Assembly: GCA_018818105.1 (NCBI GenBank)
Contig: JAHISK010000098.1
Coordinates: forward strand, 1-63,069
Direction: 5' to 3'
Source of the DNA: Candidatus Omnitrophota bacterium
GTDB taxonomy: Bacteria; Omnitrophota; Gorgyraeia; Duberdicusellales; 4484-171
DNA: 63,069 nt
The notes below the pieces were generated by a model. It was given only the letters and a program-made list of their open reading frames with translations. It was not told the origin of the DNA and ran no database searches. Position numbers and translations under genes: made by a program. This document shows, piece by piece, positions 51,317 through 60,531 of the stretch (positions within the stretch are counted from its first letter, which is position 1; every line of letters starts with the position of its first letter).

Positions 51317-53197
51317 ATGATAAACATAACCAACCTTTCCAAAAGTCATGGCGCGCGGGTTCTTCTTGATAATATTTCTTTGCAAATAAATCGAGGGGAA
51401 AAGATAGGGCTTATCGGTCCTAATGGAGCGGGTAAGTCTACGCTTTTTTTTTTAATCCTAGGTAAAACTGAAAGCTCCGGGGGAAATATTCAGATTATTA
51501 AAAATATCCGTATTGGGTATCTTGCTCAAGAATCAAGTTTTGCCTCTGATCGTACGGTTTTGTTAGAAGTAATTGAAGGGGATGAAGAGATTGTCCAACT
51601 TAAGAAGGAAAAGGATTCCTTAGAAGAAAAACATCAAACAGAGTCTAATCGTTACGGAGATGTTCTTCATAAGTTAGAGGTTCTGGAATATTTCCAATTA
51701 GAGTATAAGGCCAAGAAAATTTTAAGCGGGTTAGGTTTTAAAGTGAGCGATTTTAGTCGGCCGATAAACGAGCTTAGCGGCGGATGGCAGATGAGGGTGT
51801 TATTGGCTAAACTGCTTACTTATCATTATGACGTTTTGCTCTTGGATGAGCCGACAAACTATCTTGACTTAAATGCCGCTATTTGGTTTAAAAATTATTT
51901 AGCTAAGTTTGAAGGGACGTTTGTGCTGATTTCTCATGACCGCTCGTTTTTAGATGAGGTTGCTAAGTATACGTTGGTTTTAGAAGGTGGCGTGGTCGTT
52001 AAAGTGAAAGGTAACTACCAGCAGTATCTTAAAATAAGAGAAGAGCAACGTGTTCATGCCATAAAACATTTTAAAGAACAGGAGAAGAAAAAAGATCAGC
52101 TTAAGCAGTTTGTCAGCCGGTTTCACGCTCAACCTAATAAAGCCGCTCAAGTTCGTTCTAAACGCAGATTTTTAGAAAGGATGGAAGAAGTAACTGTCCC
52201 CGAAGATCGCCGTGAGAGTATAAGAAAATTCCATTTTCCCGCGACTAAACAGAGCGGTTGGCGGGTGATGACGTTAGATAAAATATCCAAGTCTTATGGA
52301 GATATTAAAGTCTATAAAGATTTTGATTTTGAAATAGAAAAAGATGAAAAGGCGGTGTTAGTGGGAGATAACGGCGCGGGTAAGTCTACCCTTCTTAAGA
52401 TTCTGGCGGGAGTGGTAGATATAGACAGCGGCAGCCGGCGCGTTGGTCATAACGTTGATGTGGGTTATTTTTCTCAAACACGGATGGATGTGTTAATGCC
52501 GTATAATACGGTTTTAGAAGAAGCTTACGCAGTCGCGGGGTCTAATATGACGACAGAAAGTTTGAGGACAATTTTAGGGGCGTTTTTGTTTCGTGGAGAT
52601 GATGTTGAGAAGCGCGTGAAGGTTTTATCAGGGGGGGAGAAGAGTCGTCTTATCCTAGCGAAGCTATTGATCAATCCGCCTAACTTTCTTCTTCTTGATG
52701 AGCCGACAACGCATCTTGATGTGGACGCGGTAGAGGCGTTAATTAAGGCATTAAAAGAATTCCAAGGAACGCTTGTTTTTATTAGCCACGATATACATTT
52801 TGTCCGCTCTGTGGCTAATACTGTTTATGAAGTTAAGGGTGGAGTAAGGAAATTTCCTGGTACTTTTGATTATTATTTTGATAAAAAAGATACAGAACCT
52901 CGAGTTATGAAAGAACACAAGCTCGCAAAATCAAAAGAAGATAAAAAGGAGGATGTCAAACCTCTTTCTAAAGAAGATAAAGAAAATTATAATGATGAAG
53001 TTGCCGCTAAAATAAGGAAGTTAAGAGCAAGAATAGAAAAATTAAAAAACGAAAAGTATGCTACCGCGAGAGTGCTATCTAATCCAAGGCATAGTAGAGA
53101 GACAGTTAAAGAGTATGAAAAGAAGCTTGAAAAGCTGGATAATAAGGTAAAGACAACAGAGAATAAAATTAAGGAATTAAAAGATAGGTTTGTGTGA
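51317..53197 (+). CDS. ABC-F family ATPase
   Basis: Two ABC cassettes (GPNGAGKST, GDNGAGKST; LSGGWQ, LSGGEK), no TM domain, K/E-rich coiled C-terminus. Start is MINITNLSK. Confidence 0.9.
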   Translation: MINITNLSKSHGARVLLDNISLQINRGEKIGLIGPNGAGKSTLFFLILGKTESSGGNIQIIKNIRIGYLAQESSFASDRTVLLEVIEGDEEIVQLKKEKDSLEEKHQTESNRYGDVLHKLEVLEYFQLEYKAKKILSGLGFKVSDFSRPINELSGGWQMRVLLAKLLTYHYDVLLLDEPTNYLDLNAAIWFKNYLAKFEGTFVLISHDRSFLDEVAKYTLVLEGGVVVKVKGNYQQYLKIREEQRVHAIKHFKEQEKKKDQLKQFVSRFHAQPNKAAQVRSKRRFLERMEEVTVPEDRRESIRKFHFPATKQSGWRVMTLDKISKSYGDIKVYKDFDFEIEKDEKAVLVGDNGAGKSTLLKILAGVVDIDSGSRRVGHNVDVGYFSQTRMDVLMPYNTVLEEAYAVAGSNMTTESLRTILGAFLFRGDDVEKRVKVLSGGEKSRLILAKLLINPPNFLLLDEPTTHLDVDAVEALIKALKEFQGTLVFISHDIHFVRSVANTVYEVKGGVRKFPGTFDYYFDKKDTEPRVMKEHKLAKSKEDKKEDVKPLSKEDKENYNDEVAAKIRKLRARIEKLKNEKYATARVLSNPRHSRETVKEYEKKLEKLDNKVKTTENKIKELKDRFV

Positions 53198-53207
53198 TAT
53201 GCTAGTT

Positions 53208-53331
53208 GTAGGGGGCGTCGCTTGCCTACGCCCGTAATAATATAAAATTATTAACAATTGGTTGAATATCCTTATGACGAATCATATTCATAGTAAATTA
53301 ATAATCGGGCGCAGGCAAGCGACGCCCCTAC
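53208..53331 (+). mobile_element. MITE/BIME-like element, copy D (124 bp)
   Basis: Same termini, and the core is collinear with copy B. Confidence 0.85.
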
Positions 53332-53360
53332 GATAAATTACGTTAACGATAGGAGGTAAC

Positions 53361-53816
53361 ATGAAAGTAAAAGATATAATGACTAAAGAGGTGATTACGG
53401 TAAAGCCTTCGATGGATTTACACAAGTTAGCTAAATTACTTATTAAAAAGAATATTAGCGGCGCTCCTGTTGTGGATGCTGACGGAAAATTTTTAGGAGT
53501 GGTGTTGGAGGAAGGGCTTATTTTTCAGGATAAGAAAGTTCAAATACCCGCGTTTATTACTCTTTCTATGGGGTTTTTTACTTTGGGTATGCCTAAGTTT
53601 AAAGAGGAAATGCGTAAAATCGCGGCTACTACGGTAAAAGATATTATGGAAAAAGATGTTGTTAAGGTATCATCTCAAGCAACGGTTGAAGATGTCGCGA
53701 CGATTATGGTGGATAAAAAATCTTATTATTGTCCTGTCGTAGAGGGCGGATCTGTTGTTGGTATTATTACAAAAAAAGATATAGTCCGTGCTATTGTTAA
53801 TGGCGATATATGGTGA
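53361..53816 (+). CDS. CBS-pair domain protein
   Basis: Two CBS motifs (VKDIMTKEVITV, VKDIMEKDVVKV). Confidence 0.85.
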   Translation: MKVKDIMTKEVITVKPSMDLHKLAKLLIKKNISGAPVVDADGKFLGVVLEEGLIFQDKKVQIPAFITLSMGFFTLGMPKFKEEMRKIAATTVKDIMEKDVVKVSSQATVEDVATIMVDKKSYYCPVVEGGSVVGIITKKDIVRAIVNGDIW

Positions 53817-53825
53817 AATAATAAA

Positions 53826-54027
53826 CTCGAAATACGAATATCGAAATTCGAAACAACATTAAAATTATAATGACAGAAATTATAAACATAGACTAAATAA
53901 TTTTTTTTATAATTATAATTTTGATCATTCGAACAAGACTGAAGATTATAAACATATTTCTTCGTATTTCGACATTTGATATTCGAATTTTCTTAGTTTG
54001 TTTCGTATTTCGGATTTCGTGCTTCGG
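53826..54027. repeat. Inverted heptad arrays CGAAATA-type / TATTTCG-type
   Basis: CGAAATA CGAATAT CGAAATT CGAAACA versus TTCGTAT TTCGACA TTTGATA TTCGAAT and TGTTTCG TATTTCG GATTTCG TGCTTCG. Confidence 0.85.
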
Positions 54028-54048
54028 ATTTATATTAGGGGAGGAGAT

Positions 54049-56526
54049 ATGTCAGACGGTTCAGATAATAAGGTATGGCGGCCGATTTATAAAGGTATGT
54101 CAAAAGAGGCGCTTAAGACGTCATTTCGTAATAATTTACAATACGCCCTCGCTAAAGATGAATATACCGCGACCGATCATGATAATTTTATGGCAATGGC
54201 TATTGCCATACGTAATCGGATTGTTGAGCGGTGGATTGCTACCCAGCAAAAATATCATAAAGAAAACGTAAAAAGAGTTTATTATTTATCGATGGAGTTT
54301 CTTATCGGTAGGCTGTTGGGAAATAATATTCTAAATCTTGGTCTTTGGAGAGAGACAAAAAGTGCTTTGAAAGAGTTAGGCCTTGATTTAGATGAAATCA
54401 GAGGACAGGAACAGGATGCCGGGTTAGGTAATGGCGGATTAGGCCGCTTGGCGGCTTGTTTTCTTGATTCAATGGCTACTTTAGGTATTCCCGGTCAAGG
54501 ATATGGAATACGGTATGATTACGGTATTTTTCGACAGAAGATTGTTAATGGATATCAAGTGGAGTCTCCTGATGAGTGGTTGAAGTTAGGTAATCCTTGG
54601 GAGATTGCCAGGCCAGAGTATAGCGTGACAGTAAAGTTCTATGGTAAGGTAGCAATGTTTAATGATGAGGGTGGCCGCCTGCGCGTTGAATGGAAAGAGA
54701 CAGAAGACGTATTAGCTATGCCTTACGATATTCCTGTATCGGGGTATAAAAATGATGTCGTTAATACTTTGAGATTATGGTCGGCAAAAAGTACTGAGGA
54801 GTTTGATTTTAAAGATTTCAATAAGGGTGATTATGAAGGGGCGGTATATAGTAAAGTATATTCAGAAAGTATTTCTAAAGTGCTTTATCCCAGCGATATC
54901 AGTACTCAAGGAAAAGAGCTGCGCTTAAAGCAGGAATATTTTTTTACCGCAGCCGCTATATCAGATATTATCCGCCGATTTAAAGTTCACAATAAAGATT
55001 TTAAAGATTTTCCTAATAAAGTGGCTATTCAGCTTAATGATACGCATCCGGCGATTGCTATTGTTGAGTTTATGCGCATATTGATAGATGAAGAGTTCCT
55101 AATTTGGGATAAAGCTTGGGATATTACTGTTAATACCTTTGCTTATACTAATCATACTATTATGCCGGAGGCGTTAGAGAGTTGGCCGGTTTCTCTTTTA
55201 GAAAATATGTTACCAAGACATATGCAAATTATTTATGAAATAAACTCCCGTTTTTTAAAGGAGGTGGCTGATAAGTTTGGCGGAGATAGCGAGCGGCTAT
55301 GTAGAATGTCAATTATTGATGAGTCTAAACCTAGAAGAGTTAAGATGGCATTTCTGTCTATTGTAGGGAGTCATTCCGTTAACGGGGTTTCTAAATTACA
55401 TTCGCGGCTTATTGCCACACAGTTATTTAGAGATTTTTATGATTTTTGTCCTCAAAAGTTTAATAATAAAACAAATGGAATTACGCAGAGAAGGTGGCTA
55501 AATAAGGCAAACATGAAACTTGCGAGGTTAATAACAGAAGCCATTGGCGATAAATGGTTAATTGATTCTTCTCAGTTAAAGAAATTATTGTTGTTTAAGA
55601 ATGATAAAAGTTTCAGGGAAAAATGGCAGAGAATTAAATTAGATAATAAGAAGAGCCTGGCAACTTATATTTATAATACACAGGGTATTTCTGTGGATCC
55701 TAATTCATTGTTTGATGTTCAGGTTAAACGTATTCATGAGTATAAGCGCCAGATGTTATTCGCTTTATATATTATTTCTCAATATTTAGAGTTAAAAGAT
55801 AATCCCACGTCAAAATGTGTGCCTAGGACATTTCTTGTTGGAGGAAAAGCCGCCCCTGGTTATTTTATGGCTAAGCTAATTATTAAGTTTATAAACAGTG
55901 TCGCGCGGGTAGTTAATAATGATAAGGATATTAGAGGTAAACTAAAGATTGTATTTCTTGATAATTATAGGGTGTCATTGGCGGAAAAAGTGTTTCCCGC
56001 AAGCGACTTGTCTGAGCAGATATCTACTGCCGGAATGGAAGCTTCCGGAACGGGATGCATGAAGTTTATGCTTAATGGTGCTTTAACTATAGGTACTTTA
56101 GACGGCGCTAATATTGAAATAGCAGAGGCTGTTGGTAAAGAAAATATATTTACTTTTGGGTTAGATGCTGATGGAATCCAGCAGTTAAGGGTCAAGGGAT
56201 ATAAACCTGGCGATTATATAAGAAAATTGCCGGTTTTACGTAAGATTGTTTCTTTAATTAAGGAGAACTTTTTTTCGTCAAAGGAACCAGGGATTTTTGA
56301 TTCTATTATTAGAAATTTAACTGAAGGTGATCCCTTTTTTATTTGTGCTGATTTTCAGTCTTATTGTGAAACACAAAGGCAAGTGGGGGAGGCGTTTTTA
56401 AATAGGGAAAAGTGGCTGGATAAGGCAATTATTAATGTGGCCGAGGCAGGAAGGTTTTCCAGTGATAGGACAATTGTTGAGTATGCTAGAGATATATGGG
56501 ATATTGATGTGAGACGATCTGAGTGA
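54049..56526 (+). CDS. glgP: Glycogen/alpha-glucan phosphorylase
   Basis: LGNGGLGRLAAC, EASGTGCMKFMLNGALTIGTLDGANIEI (PLP site). ATG 54049 follows GGGGAGGAG, and the track start TTG 53998 lies in a repeat. Confidence 0.95.
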   Translation: MSDGSDNKVWRPIYKGMSKEALKTSFRNNLQYALAKDEYTATDHDNFMAMAIAIRNRIVERWIATQQKYHKENVKRVYYLSMEFLIGRLLGNNILNLGLWRETKSALKELGLDLDEIRGQEQDAGLGNGGLGRLAACFLDSMATLGIPGQGYGIRYDYGIFRQKIVNGYQVESPDEWLKLGNPWEIARPEYSVTVKFYGKVAMFNDEGGRLRVEWKETEDVLAMPYDIPVSGYKNDVVNTLRLWSAKSTEEFDFKDFNKGDYEGAVYSKVYSESISKVLYPSDISTQGKELRLKQEYFFTAAAISDIIRRFKVHNKDFKDFPNKVAIQLNDTHPAIAIVEFMRILIDEEFLIWDKAWDITVNTFAYTNHTIMPEALESWPVSLLENMLPRHMQIIYEINSRFLKEVADKFGGDSERLCRMSIIDESKPRRVKMAFLSIVGSHSVNGVSKLHSRLIATQLFRDFYDFCPQKFNNKTNGITQRRWLNKANMKLARLITEAIGDKWLIDSSQLKKLLLFKNDKSFREKWQRIKLDNKKSLATYIYNTQGISVDPNSLFDVQVKRIHEYKRQMLFALYIISQYLELKDNPTSKCVPRTFLVGGKAAPGYFMAKLIIKFINSVARVVNNDKDIRGKLKIVFLDNYRVSLAEKVFPASDLSEQISTAGMEASGTGCMKFMLNGALTIGTLDGANIEIAEAVGKENIFTFGLDADGIQQLRVKGYKPGDYIRKLPVLRKIVSLIKENFFSSKEPGIFDSIIRNLTEGDPFFICADFQSYCETQRQVGEAFLNREKWLDKAIINVAEAGRFSSDRTIVEYARDIWDIDVRRSE

Positions 56527-56528
56527 AG

Positions 56529-56708
56529 AAACTCTAAACACTAAATCCTAAACACTAAATAAACCCAAATTATAAAAGCACAAAATATAAAACAATATAA
56601 TTTAATAAAAAAATCCATGTTTAATCGAACTTTGTTTTGGTTCTGGGTGAGTTTGGAGTTTGATATTTTAGATTTATTTAGAGTTTAGTGTTTAGGATTT
56701 AGGGTTTT
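56529..56708. repeat. Inverted heptad arrays AAACACT-type / AGTGTTT-type
   Basis: AAACTCT AAACACT AAATCCT AAACACT AAATAAA versus GAGTTTA GTGTTTA GGATTTA GGGTTTT. The arms share a 19-nt complementary core. Confidence 0.85.
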
Positions 56709-56759
56709 AAAGAGCAAGAAGCTTTTGACAATAATAATTTGAAGAGGAGGAAATGAGGT

Positions 56760-57413
56760 ATGGAAGTGGTAAAGTCATCATCGTTACGTAAAATTGAAGA
56801 GAGAATGGAAAATATGGATAAAAATTCAGTAAGGTATCATGTTTTACAAAAGGCAAAGGACTTTAAGTCTTCATGGATTGAGTTAGGTCGGGCTCTTTAC
56901 TCAGTTTATAACGATAAGACGTATAAAGAGTGGGGGTATCAGGCGTTTGAAACTTATACCGTTAAAGAGGTAGGTGTGAAAAAACAAACTGCCATGAGAT
57001 TGCTTAATTCGTATTATTTTCTTGAGAAGGAAGAACCGATATGTTTACAGCGGAGTTGTGATGAATCTTCAGAAGCTAAGAGTGTTCCCAGTTATGAGGC
57101 GGTTGATGTGTTGCGTTTAGCAAAGAGGAATAAAGAGTTAGATGAATCCGATTACGATGATTTAAAAAAAGGCGCGTTTGAAGATGGCAGGGACGCTAAA
57201 CAGTTGAAAAAGGACGTAACTTTGTTACTTAAGAAAAGAAAGGATATAGACCCTGAAGAAGAAAGAATAAGGAATAATAAAGTGATTATAAAACGTTGCG
57301 TGGCTACTTTGAAAACAATAAAAAAAGATATTGAGGTCTTAGGTGTACTTCCTCAAGATATTGCCATAGAAATAGGTAAGTTGCTACAGAAGATAGAAGC
57401 CCAGATTTTGTAG
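56760..57413 (+). CDS. Hypothetical protein with possible HTH
   Basis: TVKEVGVKKQTAMRLLN is HTH-like. No family recognised. The TAG stop lies in a TGTAGGG head. Confidence 0.4.
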   Translation: MEVVKSSSLRKIEERMENMDKNSVRYHVLQKAKDFKSSWIELGRALYSVYNDKTYKEWGYQAFETYTVKEVGVKKQTAMRLLNSYYFLEKEEPICLQRSCDESSEAKSVPSYEAVDVLRLAKRNKELDESDYDDLKKGAFEDGRDAKQLKKDVTLLLKKRKDIDPEEERIRNNKVIIKRCVATLKTIKKDIEVLGVLPQDIAIEIGKLLQKIEAQIL

Positions 57414-57439
57414 GGGCGGGTTCTAAACCTGCCCCTACA
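57409..57439. terminator. Palindromic GTAG hairpin between convergent genes (candidate bidirectional terminator)
   Basis: TGTAGGGGCGGGT-TCTAA-ACCTGCCCCTACA. Contains the TAG stop of ORF 56760..57413. Confidence 0.7.
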
Positions 57440-57455
57440 GCATTTCTTGATTTTT

Positions 57456-57881
57456 TTACGGTTTGGATACGGGTTTCCGGAGTTGTTTCTTTTCTGCTTG
57501 TATTTTTTTTAGTTTAAGCATTTTTTCTTTTGATCGTTTTGAGCGTTTACGTTTTTGGCGGCGTATTTTTTCGATACGCTTTTTTTCTTCACTATTTCTT
57601 CCTAAGATAATATTTTCTATTTTCGTAACAAGTATTCTACGGGCAAAAAATCGGTTTAAACTTTGTGATCGTTCTTTTTGGCATTTAACTTCAATTCCCG
57701 TCGGCAGATGTTTTAAGTATACACAACTGGATGTTTTATTTAATTTCTGCCCGCCGTGACCGCTTCCTCGTATAAACTTTTCTTGAATATCAGGCTCTTT
57801 AATGTCTAATTTTTCCATTTTTTCTTGAAGCGTTTTTTCTTTTTTGAGGGTTACACCGTATTTTGAGCTTTTTTGGTTCAT
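57456..57881 (-). CDS. Stand-alone GGQ-domain peptidyl-tRNA hydrolase (ArfB/ICT1-like)
   Basis: SGHGGQKLNKTSSCVYLKHLPTGIEVKCQKERSQSLNR, followed by a very basic C-terminal tail. Confidence 0.75.
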   Translation of the reverse strand: MNQKSSKYGVTLKKEKTLQEKMEKLDIKEPDIQEKFIRGSGHGGQKLNKTSSCVYLKHLPTGIEVKCQKERSQSLNRFFARRILVTKIENIILGRNSEEKKRIEKIRRQKRKRSKRSKEKMLKLKKIQAEKKQLRKPVSKP

Positions 57882-57893
57882 GCGATTAATATT

Positions 57894-58025
57894 GTAGGGG
57901 CGTCGCTTGCCTGCGCCCGATTATTAATTATAAATATATCATGAATATAATTTGGCATAATGGTATATTCAACCATATATTAATAATTTTATATTATTAC
58001 GGGCGTAGGCAAGCGACGCCCCTAC
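57894..58025 (-). mobile_element. MITE/BIME-like element, copy E (132 bp)
   Basis: Same termini, with the core in the orientation of copy A. Lies between divergent genes. Confidence 0.85.
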
Positions 58026-58128
58026 GATATTCTATCATATTTCCATATATTTTAGAGAATAAAATAGCTGCTGTGGTGGGTGTGAAATCTCTTATCAACG
58101 GTAGCGCTTTCTGTTATAATTAATACTT

Positions 58129-58341
58129 ATGAGAATAATATCATTTTTAATTACAATATGGTTTATTTATGTGGTATACCGTGTGTTTGTTCGGCCTCTG
58201 GTTCGAGTTTTCTTGACGGTTTGGGGGAGGCAGCGTGCTGCGCATAAACGGTCCAATCAAAGCGATAATTCTTACCAGCAAAAGCAATCTCCCTATGATA
58301 ATACTAAAATAGTAGATGCTGAGTTTGAGGAAATAGAATAA
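58129..58341 (+). CDS. Small membrane protein
   Basis: One TM helix (IISFLITIWFIYVVY), basic stretch, acidic end DAEFEEIE. Confidence 0.45.
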   Translation: MRIISFLITIWFIYVVYRVFVRPLVRVFLTVWGRQRAAHKRSNQSDNSYQQKQSPYDNTKIVDAEFEEIE

Positions 58342-58366
58342 TAAATATATATAGGGTCAAGGGACA

Positions 58367-58510
58367 GAAATTTTAAATTTACCATTACAAATTTACCATT
58401 TTGAATTGAGGGATAAAAGAAAAGAATCAAATAAAACATGTTAAAATTATTTCTTATGTAAGAGAAACAATATCTAACAATTTAAAATGGTAAATGGTAA
58501 ATTTAAAATG
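58367..58510. repeat. AAATTTACCA / TGGTAAATTT palindromic element, copy 2 (with about 55-nt internal insertion)
   Basis: AGAAATTTTAAATTTACCATT ... TTATGTAAGAGAAACAATATCTAACAATTTAAAATGGTAAATGGTAAAT. Confidence 0.8.
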
Positions 58511-58515
58511 ATAAT

Positions 58516-59715
58516 ATGAGTAGTGAACGGTATATTGTTCACGTTGATATGGACGCGTTTTTTGCTGCTGTTGAACAACGCGATAACCCCAATCTATGTG
58601 GTAAGCCGGTTGTTATAGGTGCCGATCCCAAGGGAGGAAGCGGCCGAGGGGTTGTTTCTACCTGTTCTTATGAAGCAAGAAAGTTTGGCATCCGCTCTGC
58701 TATGCCGATTTCAGTTGCCTACCGAAAGTGTCCCCACGCTGTATATCTGCCGCCGGATATGAACAAGTATCTTTATGTGTCTAGAGAGATTTTTAATATT
58801 TTATACGGGTTTACACCTTGGATTGAACCTATAAGTATCGATGAGGCTTTTCTCGATATAACGGGAAGTGTTCATCTTTTTGGGACGGCGCCGGAGATTG
58901 GTTTATTAATAAAATCAAAAATAAAAAAGGAAACAGGGTTGACGGCATCTGTTGGGCTTGCTCCCATAATGATGGCAGCTAAGATTGCTTCAGATTTGGA
59001 AAAGCCCGATGGATTTGTTGTTGTGACCGCGAAGGATTTGCTGAATTTCTTATGGCCGTTGGATGTAAGCAAAATTTGGGGGTTAGGCAATAAAAGTGTG
59101 GCGCTTTTAAGAAGCTTAGGTGTTAATACTATTGGGGATTTAGCTAGGAGTCCTCAGGAGCATATCTTTCAGTTTTTAGGTAATATGGGGTTACGTTTTT
59201 GGCAGCTGTCAAACGGTATTGATGATAGAAGTGTAAGTCCCCTTCAGAAATCTAAATCTATTAGTCATGAATTGACCTTTGAAGAAGATGTTTCTAGTAA
59301 AGAAAAGATTGAAAGCTCCTTGATGGTATTATGTGAAAAAGTTTCTGGGCGCATGCGCCAAGCAGGCGTAAAAGCCAAGACGATAGGATTGAAAATACGC
59401 TTGGATGATTTTAAAACATATACTAGGGCAATAACATTAAGTCGGCCGACTAATTTTGTTAGTATCATTTTTAAAATAATATCTGAGCTGTTTAATGAAT
59501 TTGATACTCGGAATAAAAGAGTAAGATTAATAGGTGTTAAGGGGTGTAATTTTTCTGGGAATTGCTTTCAGAGGACTTTATTTTATGATAAAATTGATGA
59601 GAAACAAAATCAAATTCATAACGCTATTGATAAAATTAAAAATAAATTTGGTCAAGATTCTATATGTAGAGCATCTGGCGGAATAAAAAAATATTTTAGA
59701 TTAAAGAAAGTATGA
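58516..59715 (+). CDS. dinB: DNA polymerase IV
   Basis: VHVDMDAFFAAVEQRDNP and SIDEAFLDIT Y-family motifs. Confidence 0.93.
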   Translation: MSSERYIVHVDMDAFFAAVEQRDNPNLCGKPVVIGADPKGGSGRGVVSTCSYEARKFGIRSAMPISVAYRKCPHAVYLPPDMNKYLYVSREIFNILYGFTPWIEPISIDEAFLDITGSVHLFGTAPEIGLLIKSKIKKETGLTASVGLAPIMMAAKIASDLEKPDGFVVVTAKDLLNFLWPLDVSKIWGLGNKSVALLRSLGVNTIGDLARSPQEHIFQFLGNMGLRFWQLSNGIDDRSVSPLQKSKSISHELTFEEDVSSKEKIESSLMVLCEKVSGRMRQAGVKAKTIGLKIRLDDFKTYTRAITLSRPTNFVSIIFKIISELFNEFDTRNKRVRLIGVKGCNFSGNCFQRTLFYDKIDEKQNQIHNAIDKIKNKFGQDSICRASGGIKKYFRLKKV

Positions 59716-60269
59716 AACGAATATTTTTGTTGTGTTTGATATTAATTATGTCTGGATGTGGAAGGGTTACTGTTGAAAAATATTTAGAATATTTATCTGA
59801 AGAAAATACTACCATTCAAGTAGAAAACAATAGTAGTTCAACGGATTGGTGGGGGCCGGTAAAATTAAAGCTGCGCGACCAAATAATAGAGGGAATGAAA
59901 GAGAATTTTAGAAGGTCGCCGTTATATCTTGTTAAGAAAAACGCCGATATTACTGTTGTTCTGCAGGATATCTCGACAGTTGGAGGCGCCGATAGCATTC
60001 AAGTTGAGGAAGTAACTCTTATAATAAGGGGTAGAAAAAAAGAAATTCTTAAGATTAGGTATAAACAGACTGCTACAATTTTTCCTGATGATTGGTATAG
60101 AATTTGGAGGTACGCCAAAGACGCGCAGTGGATTGCTCAGATATTAGCTGATAGAGTTGTTCAGGAGTTAGGGGTAAGAAGAGTGTTAATGCGTCAGGAG
60201 GTAGCCGCCGATAAACGTCGTCCAGCCAAGAGAGGATTTATTATTTATCAGCCTCAGAATAGAGATTAA
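59712..60269 (+). CDS. Lipoprotein of unknown function
   Basis: Lipobox IMSGCG. ATGA overlap with dinB. Confidence 0.45.
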   Translation: MKRIFLLCLILIMSGCGRVTVEKYLEYLSEENTTIQVENNSSSTDWWGPVKLKLRDQIIEGMKENFRRSPLYLVKKNADITVVLQDISTVGGADSIQVEEVTLIIRGRKKEILKIRYKQTATIFPDDWYRIWRYAKDAQWIAQILADRVVQELGVRRVLMRQEVAADKRRPAKRGFIIYQPQNRD

Positions 60270-60335
60270 GGGTATTATAATTTTTTAGTGGTTATGAAGT
60301 TATGCCGGGCGTATGCGATTTAAAAGACAAGATGG

Positions 60336-60461
60336 CACTGTTGCGAAATACCCCAAAAGTGTCATCCCTGCGAAAGCGGGGATCCAAAACATTAATGGAA
60401 TCAATGGATTCTGGATTCCCGCTTTCGCGGGAATGATAGAAAACGTTATTTCGCAACAGCG
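60336..60461. mobile_element. MITE with 15-nt TIRs and 8-bp direct flanking repeat
   Basis: TIRs are CACTGTTGCGAAATA / TATTTCGCAACAGCG. Internal inverted pair is GTCATCCCTGCGAAAGCGGGGATCC / GGATTCCCGCTTTCGCGGGAATGA. CAAGATGG occurs at 60328-60335 and 60463-60470. Confidence 0.8.
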
Positions 60462-60531
60462 CCAAGATGGATATTACCGTTACTATGGGCAGTTATTCTC
60501 AGGGTAAAGAAGGTTGGTAAAAGAGGGAACT

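Noticed and set aside
53921-54271. Track ORF 53921..54271 and the TTG 53998 extension of glgP.
   Set aside because: Both read through the CGAAATA/TATTTCG heptad arrays. ATG 54049 has a strong GGGGAGGAG RBS, and the phosphorylase homology begins there.
60313-60507. Track ORF encoding ...VIPAKAGIQ...IPAFAGM...
   Set aside because: It is the translation of a palindromic MITE. It has no RBS, and the protein is low-complexity and mirror-like.
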